Positions 35,085 to 45,500 of a DNA stretch of 64,000 nt are shown here, piece by piece. Every line of letters begins with the position of its first letter. Position 1 is the first letter of the stretch. The translations under genes were made by a program, and so were the position numbers. Source of the stretch: Felis catus (taxonomy: Eukaryota); assembly GCF_018350175.1 (NCBI RefSeq), contig NC_058369.1:20834001-20898000 (forward strand), read 5' to 3'. The notes beneath the pieces were generated by a model that was not told the origin of the DNA, ran no database searches, and worked only from the letters and a program-made list of their open reading frames with translations.

Positions 35085-35976
35085 CTGCGGGATTGTGAGT
35101 GTGCAGCCCCAGCCCAAATCCACCTGCCCCCCTTCCTGGGGTCTCCCAACAGGGCTCCTAAACCCTCTCCCCAAGCCTTCCCCGGGGAGGCTCTTGCCTC
35201 TCTGCCCAGCACCCACCCCACTTCTAGGCCTCACCGAGAACTTAGACTCAAGTCTCAGACCCAGCCTTCAACTCAGAACTGCTTCTGCAACCTGGAATCC
35301 AGAATCACGATCTAGAACTTTTACTCAAAACCAAACCCCAGCCAGACAGGAGAGCCAGGCAGGCAGTCAACAGGCCCACCAGGTTCTCCCTGACTTTCCC
35401 TTTTCCTTCCTCAGAGGTCATTTCTCTTCCTTCCTGAGCAAGGAGTCATCTGGCTCCCTTCCATGCAGCCACCCTGAAAAGCCCCCTGTGTCCTCCACCA
35501 ACCTCCCCCAACTCCTCCCTCTCCTTTTGGCCAAGTCCCAGGAAGGAATGAGGGTCTTCTGCTGGGGTCCAGGCTGAGGACCACCCAGGGCCCTGGCTGG
35601 GATGGGCACTGCCCAGCTCTTCCCCCTCTACCCACCTCTCCCAGCCCAAGCACTCAACCCACTGTAGGTCAGATCAGAGGGGGTGGGCAGCAACGGGCCA
35701 GACAGGGCCTAGTCCTGTCGTGTCCACCTTGCTTGTAGCCCCCTTGCCTCCACTGATTGAAGCCCTAGGCCTCAGCCTTCTTATCCACACAATGGGTTTG
35801 GGTCTCATTGCCTAGAGAAAGGCGCCTGGTCTGATATCTTCAGGGTTCAGTGAGTGTCCCCAGGGCCAGGTTGGGGGATAACCCCCTTCACTATTGTCTG
35901 CAGCCACCAAACCCGCCTCTCCCTCACCACTTCCCACTGCCCCCCTTCCCTGGGGGCCTGAGGGCTGCTGTCCTAC

Positions 35977-35979
35977 CAT
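35977..35979 (-). CDS. TLR9: TLR9 exon 1 coding part (ATG only); 5'UTR extends to about 36090
   Basis: Minus strand ccctgtcATG|gtagga; phase 0 matches exon 2; known TLR9 gene architecture. Confidence 0.88.
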
Positions 35980-36084
35980 GACAGGGAGTGGGGGCTTCTC
36001 CAGAGGGTCTGGATGGCAGACTGGGCAGCGATGGCAGAGAAGAATGCCTGGAGCTCGCAGACCCTTCCCACAGTGTAGGCTCAG

Positions 36085-36240
36085 AGAACAGAGGAAGTGA
36101 GAATTTAGAAATAACACAGTAGCCCCCTCCCTCGCCCCTATCCTGCCCACAGCGAGAGATGGTGGGTGGTGTGGTGAGTCAGAGGCCATTTGCATAGGCA
36201 GACGCAGACAGCCCCTTCACTCCTTCCTCTTTCCACTCCC
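36085..36240 (-). promoter_or_regulatory. TLR9: TLR9 proximal promoter (PU.1/ETS, AP-1, octamer)
   Basis: GAGGAAGTGA 36091-36100; TGAGTCA 36175-36181; ATTTGCAT 36188-36195. Confidence 0.7.
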
Positions 36241-36779
36241 CCACTGCCCCCCACCCTATCCCAACAGTGTGCCCCAGCTGGAGAGGGCCTCACACCTGTT
36301 ATCAGGGAGAGACGGAGGCCCAGAGCCCAGCGTCAGGCCAATGAGAAACTGGAATTGAGGGCAGTGCTGGACGTGGGCTGGGCGTGCTGACCCGATGTCA
36401 GGGCACCCTGTCCCAAGAAGACTCTCACCCTCACACCTCAGCCCCTCGGCCCCTGCCCCAAAGGGAGCTCTCTCGGGCCAGTGGTTCCCACATCTGCCCT
36501 TTTCCTGTCCCTGCGGCCCCGTCCCCAGAGCTCCGCAGGGCCTGACATACCCGGGAGCACAGCAGCATTGGCCCCAGCCAGGCTGCACCTGCCTCCACCA
36601 CAGCTAGCCACTTCCTCCAGGAGCAGGGCCTCCTCATCTGCATCCCCAGTGTGCCTGGGGGCCTGCCCAAGCACCTACCCCACCCCACAGCTGGGCCAGC
36701 TGGGTGGATCTTCACATTCTCCCTCTGACCCAGTAGATCGTAACAGGCCCAAAGTCTCAGGGTGACCTGGGCCCCTCAG

Positions 36780-37572
36780 CAAGTCTTGTTGGCTCCACCT
36801 TCAGAATCTGCCCATCGCCCACCATCTCCACATTCACCAGCCTGGCCTGAGCCGCCATCATCTCTTCCTAGACCAGTGCAGTTACCACCAAGTCGTGGGC
36901 TGCCCTGCTTCTGCTCTCCTACCCCACAGCCTATTCACATTGAGCCCCTAAGTCACATTACGTCCTTCCTCTGCTCAGACTCCTCCTTGGCCCTTTCTGG
37001 AATCAAAGGCACAGTCCACATAATGGCCAAAAAGGTCCTATGGGATCTGGCCTCCCATTGCCTCCCCGACTGGTCTCCACGCACACTGGCCTCCTTTCTC
37101 TGGCTTGAATAGTCCCATGCAGTTTCCCACCCCAGGGCCTTTGGACTTACTTCGCTCTGCCTGGAAGCTCTTTTCCTAGATATTCACATGGCCCCTTCCA
37201 TTGCCCCCTTTATATCTCAGCTCACACATTACCCTCTGGAGGCCTTCCCCAACCTTCTTTTACACCTCTCACCCTGGATCTGGCACTCCTAAGCCCCTTT
37301 TACCTGCTGCTTTCCTTCGTCCTAAGTTTTTACCTGCTAACACATCACACCATTGATTTTCCATGGTTTCTTGTAGTTTGTCTTATTCCCCTGCTGGAAT
37401 GTCTGCTTCTTAATGGCAAGAGTCCTTTTGTCTGTATACCCAGGGCCGAGAGTGCCCAGAACATCATAAGGTGGTCACGATTTGCTAAGTCCATGAGTCT
37501 CCAGCACTCAGCTCTGGGCAGGCACAGAATGTCTCTGAATGATGGCTGGATGAATTAATGAATGAACAAATA
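36780..37572 (+). mobile_element. Degenerate L2 upstream of the TLR9 promoter
   Basis: ggctccaccttcagaatctg...cagggcctttggactt...gaatgatggctggatgaattaatgaatgaa. Confidence 0.7.
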
Positions 37573-38247
37573 GGGCTTTGGCTTGGGCTAGATACCTGCT
37601 ACCCTTGCTTTTCCATGCCCACCTCTGGGTGGCTATCCTGGAAGGTAGGTTCCAGGCTGCCAGGCATCCAGCTGGCACACAGGCCCAGGGCTTTAGCAGT
37701 GTGGGAGTGATGGCACGGTCTTCCTACCCACCTAGGAACCAGTGTTTGGGGATGGATGAGGACAGGCCACCCTCTCTAGATCCTGACTAGGGTTCCAACT
37801 CTCCTCTTTGTAATTCTAGGGTCTTTAGTAGGGGCTGGGAAAGGCCTCAGGGATGGGACACTCCCCTGAGCCCCAGCCCAAGATGTGCTCCCCAAAGAAA
37901 GGACAGTGCCCATTCAGCAGCTGAGTCCCAGCCACTGACCCCTCATGTCCCCATCCCTACACACCTCCCACCTGGCATAGGAGGGGTCTCCCACCCCCTT
38001 CTCAGGTACAGACTGAATTTCTGGCTCCCACTGAATCCCAAGCCTAAAGAGTCCCTCCCAGAGACCCTGGGACCAGGGAGCCAGACCCTTGTGGGCAGAA
38101 ACGCAAATATGAGGGAGAGGGCCAATGAGCTGACAGGTCTGCACGCACACACACATGTGTGGACTGGAGACACCAAGATCCAGAGGTCCAAGATCCATGC
38201 CGCAGCCCCAAAGAGGCCAGGAAGCCCAGCAGGCAGAATGTACCCAG

Positions 38248-38723
38248 TGTGGCAGACTGAAGAATGCCCCAAGGAGATCCACATCCTAATCCCCAGAATC
38301 TATGAATATGTTACTATACAGGATAAAAGGAGCCTTGCAGGTGGGAGGAAGTGAAGGATCCTGAGCAGGGAGAGTATCTGGAAAGCGGGGAGGTGAATAT
38401 AATCACAAGCATCCTTGAGACAGAGGCACAGGGGATCTGACTACCGAAGGAGGCATGTGACCGGGAAGCAGGATCGGAGATACCACCTCTCTGGTTTGAA
38501 GATGGGAGCAGGGAATGCAGGCAGCCTTTTCAAGCCAGACAAGGTGACAGATGCTCCCCCAGCCCTCCTCCCAAAGGAACAAGTCCTGCCAGCAACTGGA
38601 TTTCAGCCCTATCAGACTTTGACCTTGTTAGGTTCACAAGAAGTGCTAAGATAGTAAATATGTGGGGGTTTAAGCCACTAAGCTTATGGTATTTTGTTAC
38701 AGCAGCCACAGGACACTAATACA
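38248..38723 (+). mobile_element. MLT1-type (MaLR) solo LTR between the TWF2 3' end and TLR9
   Basis: TGTGGCAGACTGAA...cacatcctaatccccagaatctatgaatatgttac...tttgttacagcagccacaggacactaataCA. Confidence 0.85.
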
Positions 38724-38991
38724 CCCAGATGCTCCATATCACCGTGAAGGTGTGCCTGCCTTTTGGGCCAAGCTCCTGTCAACAAGGGGACCTGTGTGAG
38801 GCTTGTGTTCTCACGCACACAGACACACGTCTTCCCATACACCTGTAGCCAGGAGTGCTGGAGCCCCACCTAACAGGCTCACAGACCCGCTTCGAAGGTG
38901 AAAGCATGCAGTTATATACACGGGGCCTCCCGATTCCCAGTGTCAGAGGTGGATCCCTCAGGGCCAGACTCAGGTGTTGATTTAAAAATAT

Positions 38992-38997
38992 TTTATT
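38992..38997 (-). terminator. TWF2: TWF2 polyadenylation signal AATAAA
   Basis: tttatt on the + strand, about 410 nt past the stop. Confidence 0.8.
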
Positions 38998-39409
38998 CTT
39001 TAAAAAATACAGCATTCAACCATCTTATTCTGCAGGGACACCCTACCCCAGCCCTGACTAAACCCACCCCTGTGGCCAAGGCTTCTGGGATGTGCTAGGA
39101 TCCTAGTCTCAGTTCCCCTGGGGGCCAAGCTCATTCTAGGCTCCCTACCCAGCGCCCTTGAGCCAGGCAGGCAGGGTCCCCAGACCCCCTGGGCACACAG
39201 ATGAGAGGCAGGGACAGCAACAGGGGAAGGTCACAAAATGCCAGCTCCAGTGGCTCTCAGAAGCTGCAAGAGTGTTCTGTCAGCAGCCCTCCTGCCCCAC
39301 AAGAAGCAACCCTCCCCTGGAGCCCAGGCTGGGAAGGAGGCAGGTGGCCGGGAGCGGTGGGGCACACAGCCCCACAGTCCACATGCCGGGGCAGCTCAGG
39401 TCCGGCCAC

Positions 39410-39577
39410 CTAGCTGTCATCCCCATTCTCGCCAGGACCACGGATGAGGCGCTTGTGGCCCCGCTTGCCCCCTGGGCCCTTGGGCTTGGCGAAGGCCTGC
39501 TTGAAGGCGTGTTGTTTGGGGTGCACCTCGTCGTAGAGGAACTCGGCTGTCAGCTCCGCCCCATCTCCAATCTCAAT
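39410..39577 (-). CDS. TWF2: TWF2 last coding exon
   Basis: [20 protein letters not shown]...GENGDDS*. Confidence 0.97.
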   Translation of the reverse strand: MEIGDGAELTAEFLYDEVHPKQHAFKQAFAKPKGPGGKRGHKRLIRGPGENGDDS

Positions 39578-42500
39578 CTGCATGGGGCAAGGCAGTGGTC
39601 TGGTGGGGGGCCCCCGACACATACCACCCTTGGTCACCTCCACTCCTAGGGCAGCCCCTTGACCTCTCACACTCTAGCCTTGGGGTCTCCTCCCAGATCC
39701 CCCCACCTGGAATGCCACCTCCAGGAACACATTGCTGGGGCCCACTGCCCTGCACACCTTGGTGACACCCTATCTGCCTTTCAGACCCTGGGAGAGCAGA
39801 GTCATGGGCGGCCAAGACAAGGGCTTGTCCATGCCACCAGTCAGATGGGCACCTTGGGAATGCATGCTACCCCTTGGGCCTCATCCACATCCATCCCACA
39901 AGGCAATAGTGACCCCTGCCCTGCCACTGTCTTGGGACTCCAATGCCCCATGTGGAGGGTGGTGTTAAAGGCCCCTTGGTTGATGAGGCTCTGGGGAATG
40001 GGCACCCACCTTCTTGGAGATCTCCAGCTGGAAGTCCTGCTCCACGGAGTCGAGGAGGCGACTCTTACAGCTGGAATAGAGCATGCGCTCCTTGATGCTG
40101 CACTTGTACCCCGGCATCGAGTAGATGAACACTGTGGGGAATGGGGACGTGAGCAGAGGCTGGGAGACCTGCTGACCCACGCCCCCTGCAGCAAGCCCAC
40201 CCAGCCATAGGCCAGTGCTGCTTCTATTCAGCCATGGGCGTGGGGGCGCTGTTGTGGCCACTCACCCACAGACTCAAGGTGGTCACCCTCATGGGTGTGC
40301 TTGTAGAGGAAGAAGTGGTAGCGGGCAGCATCTCGGGGCACCCTCGAGGGCAGCTGGGCCACTTCCGTGGGCTCTGTGTGCACCAGCTCAATGGTCTCCC
40401 GCTCCAGGTCCAGCTTCTACCAAGGGTAAGGGCGAGGTGAGGGCCTGAGCAGCAGAGGGCCCGGACCCACCCTAGCAAACAAGAAGTCCCCAAGGTGACA
40501 GGCAGGAGTCTGACTGTGGTCTCCCTTTCCCAGGATTCCCCACCTCAGTGGCCATCCACCATGGGGTCCCCGCGAAGAGGCCACTCCTGAGCCCCCACCT
40601 CTGCCTTTGAAAGCTCTACGAGAGGAGGAAGTCCCACCAGGGGCAGTGGACAGGACAGTGGGGAAAGTCTCCACCTGAGGGAGAGGCCTCTTGGGGGACA
40701 CATCATTTTGCTTGGAATGGGGAAGTCTAGGAGCACTTGGCTAGCTCAGTCAGCGGAACATGTGACTCGATCTTGTGAGTTCAAGCCCCACGTTGGGGCT
40801 TTAATGTTTTTACTTATTTTTGAGAAAGAGAAAGAGCACAAGCAGGGGAGGGGCAGAGAGAGAGGCAGACACAGAATCTGAAGCAGGCTCCAGGCTCTGA
40901 GCTGTCAGAACAGAGCCTGACACAGAGCTCAAACTTGTGAACTGCGAGATCATGACCTGAGATGAAGTCGGACACTCAACCGAGCCACCCAGGAGTCACA
41001 GGCATAGGGCTTACATTAAAAAAAAAAGAAGGCGTACCTGGGTGGCTCAGTTAGTTACGCGTCCTCCTCTTGATTTCTTTCTTTTTTTTTTTTTTAATGT
41101 TTTATTTAAAATGAGTGGGGGAGGGGCAAAGAGAGGGGCAGAGAGAGAGAGGGGGGTACAGAGGCTCCAAAGCAGGCTCTGTGCTGACAGTGGAGAGCCC
41201 CATGTAGGGCTCGAACTCATAAACTGCGACATTGTGACCTAAGCTGCTGAAGTCGGATGCTCAACTGACTGAGCCACCCAGGTGACCCCCCTTTTTTTCA
41301 ATTGTGTATTTATTTTGAGAGAGCGAGACAGAGAGAGAGACATAGCACATTTGAGCAGGAGAAGGGCAAAGAGAGAGAGAGAATCCCAAGCAGGTTCTGC
41401 ACTGTCACTGTGGAGCCCAACGAGGGGCTCGAACTCACAAACCATAAGATCATGACCTGAGCCAAAACCAAGAGTTGGATGCTTAACTGACTGAGCCACC
41501 CAGGCGCTCCCCGACTCTTGATTTAAAGTCATGATCTCACAGTTCAGAAGACTGAGCCCTGTGCTGGGGTCTGTGCTAACAGCGCAGAGCCTGCCTGGGA
41601 TTCTCTCTTGCCCTCTCTGCCCCTCCCCTGCTCATGCATGCATGAGCATGTGCTTTCTGTTTCAAAAATAAATACGTAAACATTAAAAAAAAAGAAAAAG
41701 AAAAAGAAAGAAAGCGGGAAGCCTAGGCCACTGGAGCAGAAAGACCCAACCTGGGGAAGGGGGCAGTCAGGGGAGCTGCAGAGGGAGTCTAGGACAGGAA
41801 GGGGCTCAGGTCTGAGGAGTCAGTGTGAACTCCAGGCTGAGTACGTGTACACAGTAAGAAGGGCAGAATGAGGGACAGTGTCTTACACATGTCCCTGCAT
41901 GTGAGCAAGGACTGGGCAAGGCAGGGGAACACATTGCATCTACTGTATGAGGCGTCTGCACTCAAACAGGAACAGGGAGCGACAGGGGAGCAGGAGGGGG
42001 GAGAGTGGGTCCCCGCAAGTACACAGGTGAGCTGAAGAGGACAGACTGGGTACTGAATGCACATCCGTGCACGTCTGAGCAAGAGCAGGGGAGGGGCATG
42101 GTGTGCCCTGCATGTGTGCCTGGGGCAGGGACAGGCACCCACCAGCTGGATGTAGTTGATGGTCTTCTGTTTGAGCTGCTGAAGTGCCCTCTGGGCTGCC
42201 GGCTGCAGCGGGAAGGTGAGGCCCTGCAGGGTCTGGTGCTTGCTCTCCACGCTGATCTCCGTCTTCACCTGGGGACGAGTAAAGAGTGAGTGAGGCCCTT
42301 ACCTGCCTAACCAGGGTGTAGCCCCACTGGAGCACAGGCCCGGCCAGCTGGGCCTAACGTTACCTGGAGGGCCTCAGGGTGGGACTTTCGACCATTGGTC
42401 TGGTGCACCCACCTCGTTAATACGGATCTGCTGAAGCTCTCTCTCAGCTGAGGTCAACGGGGCGGGCGCTGCACAGGACGAGAGGTGCTTCTGGTACCCA

Positions 42501-45500
42501 GCAAAGGAGAGGTCATCCTGGCCAGTGGATGCAGAAGCATAAATGGGCACCTTGGGTTGCTGGGCTGGCAGAAGCCCACTGAGCACCCCAGCTTGCAGCC
42601 CCTGGACTTTCCCAGCCCTCTCCACTCCTCCCCAAGCCTGGCACCCACTTCCTATGTGACCCTGCATAACATCCCACACTCTGTGGGCCTGTGATCCCAG
42701 CTTGGTGGGGCCTGGCCTAGGGAGCCTACCTTCACAGTCCCAAAGAGCTCATCCTTGATGTGGCCGCCCCCAAACTCCTTCTTCACTGTAGCCCGTGTGG
42801 CTGCATACAGCATCTTCAGCCGCACCTGAAGGACAGGAGCTAAGCTGTGAGACCCATCCGGGCAGCGCTGTCTCTCTAGAGAAGCAGGCCAGAGCCTCTG
42901 GGTGGGGACCAGGTCATCGCTTTGTGCCCATATACCCAGCAGAGGGCGCAGCAGGGTGCGAGGACGAGAGTGGGTGGAGCCTCCCCAGCCCAACATCTCT
43001 GCCTCCCAGAGCCAGGCTGAGGTGGCTGGGGGGCCTCTGGGAGACATCGGGCTCCAAGCACAGGGCCTTGTCCTGTTTCAGACTCTGAGGCAGGACCTGG
43101 TATCTCTCCCCTTGGACTTCCCAGGGCAGGGTCTTGTTATTTCATTCAGATCCAGCTTCCCCTCTCCCCTGGTCTGGGAACTGGGCAGGGATCCCTAGGA
43201 CTCACAGGAGAATTGTCAGGTGACCAGGCGAGGAAGAGCCACTCGAAGCCCTGGGCGTTCTGCGAGTCCAGGCGGTAGAGCAGATAACAGGGCTGCTGGG
43301 CATCCAGCAGCGGCAGCACGGCCCTGTCGTAGTCCTGGTCCCAGCAGCCCGCCAGCTCCCGCGAGGCACCTAGCACGAGCTGCTCTGGGGGCAGAGGCCG
43401 GGTGAGCCAAGGAGTAGCCATCTCCCATACCCACCTCAGACCGTGGGCCCTCTTGGCTGGGGCTCAGGTCTGCCGGCCACTCCACCCACCTTTCCCTGGA
43501 GCCCCCAAGTCCCTGAAAGATGAGGCTACGTGACTGAATCTGCGAACAAGCGAACGAATGAATGAAGCACAGGGCTGCCAGCTATATGAACGCACACATA
43601 TATGCACAGAAATGGCCTCGAGGGGCGCCTGGGTGGCGCAGTCGGTTGAGCGTCCGACTTCAGCCAGGTCACGATCTCCCAGTCCGGGAGTTCGAGCCCC
43701 GCGTCAGGCTCTGGGCTGATGGCTCAGAGCCTGGAGCCTGTTTCCAATTCTGTGTCGCTCTCTCTCTCTGCCCCTCCCCCGTTCATGCTCTGTCTCTCTC
43801 TGTCCGAAAAATAAATAAAAACGTTGAAAAAAAAAATTAAAAAAAAAAAAAAAAAAAAAGAAATGGCCTCGAGAATGCTCCCACAGATAACTAAGCACGG
43901 ACAAACACGAGAAGACGTGTGGCTGCACTGCCCACAGCCACCAACAATGCAGTCCCCTCACAATCACCCACACACTCAGACCCACCCCACTGGCATGGCT
44001 GCTCAGGCACAGCCCCACTGTGTCACTTCCTGCTCCCCTCCTCCCTTGGCCTAAGATTCTAGGGGAACCCGCAGCACACCATTCTCAGAACAACTGTGCT
44101 GAGGGAGGTGGGGCCTAGCCTCAGGCCACAGGGACCTGCCAGAGCAAAAGCATGTGGGAAAGAGGGAGACAGGGGCTCTTATCAGATACTATATAAATCT
44201 GTACCCTGTTGCCACTGGCCAGCTGTAGTTCCCCCCCCCCCCCCCAATTAACAAACCTCTTAACGCCTGGGGTCAATAGGCCGGCCACCTCCCTGGCTGG
44301 TGCACACTGGCTGAATGGGCCATTGAGGCTGGACATATACTTGACCTATCTACCCACAGGGTCTTGGGTGGGCACCCAACATCAGCCCAGGGGTGCACAG
44401 TCCCAGGGTGGCAGAAGACCTGGGGCAAGCGTTAATCAACACCTGGCCAGGGGTACCTGACCACCAGGCCCTCCTGATGAGGGCCAAACATGCCAGGCCC
44501 ACCAGCCCAGCTGCCTCTCTGCAGGCCTCGGACTCCTTGCCTGTCCTCCTAGAACTCAGATGGGGTCAAGGGTGAAAACCAGCAGGCAGTTGGCCCAACA
44601 GTACTGCCAACAGTGTTTAATTTGTTGCCAACATTTTCAAAATGGGAAGTTTTACATAATAAGTGGAATTAACGGATACTCTAGAAGGAGCTCAAGCCTC
44701 ACTCAGTAGGAGATGGGCAGTGGCTCCCTGTCAAGGTGCCTGAACCTTCCTGGGGACTCCCAGGTGCCCCAACAACTAAAATGCAGAACAGAGATAAGAG
44801 CCCACCTAGAGATTCCTCCTGGTAAACATTAGTAGAGGTGTCCTGTCTGGGAGGCGACAGGGAAGGCTGAGAGCTAAGGTTGATGAGTCTATCTCTTCAG
44901 GGGGCAGGGAGGCTGTGGCCTGTCACCACGGGAAGCCTTCATTCTTGACCTACTACAGTGACCACGACCTGACCTCTGAGGGCATCTGAACTTGGGGACC
45001 CTGGACAAAATCCAGCACAGCTCTGGCACTAAAGCCTGGGGTGAATTCTGGGTCTGGGTAGAACTTGCTTTGTACCAATTCAATGGGTGAAAAGTTAGCT
45101 GGGCACCAAGCCCATTTGGGGGGGTGACCCTAAAGGGCCCACTACTTCTGGCTACCAAGGATTCATGGGGCGCCCAGCCCACGCCCAGTGTCTGTACCCA
45201 TCACCTCTAGGGACAACCCTTAGTATGAAGGGAAGGGGAGGAGTTGCCACCAAGCCTCAGCCTCATCCTCTACCTCCCCAAACCCTCCCCTCACTTCAAG
45301 ACTCAGCTCAAGCTCACCCACTCCCACCCCAATATGAGGAGCACCCACCCTGTGCAAACCTCAGGTTCCCAGTGTCCAGGCCAAGGCTCGGCCAAGGCTC
45401 AGCTGAGCCTGGAATCCCCCGGTCATGTTGTCAAACCAAGCTGGGCACGAGTCCCTTTGCCCTGTTGTAGGGGCACTTCCCAAGGGCAGGGCCCCAGCTT

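Noticed and set aside
35085..35234. 50-codon upstream extension of the 1080-aa TLR9 ORF in the ORF track
   Set aside because: It starts at a non-ATG codon inside intron 1. The true start is the exon-1 ATG at 35977-35979 spliced to 35084.
31901..35577. Many + strand ORFs overlapping TLR9 (e.g. 278 aa and 268 aa)
   Set aside because: Antisense shadows of a GC3-rich CDS with no recognisable domains.
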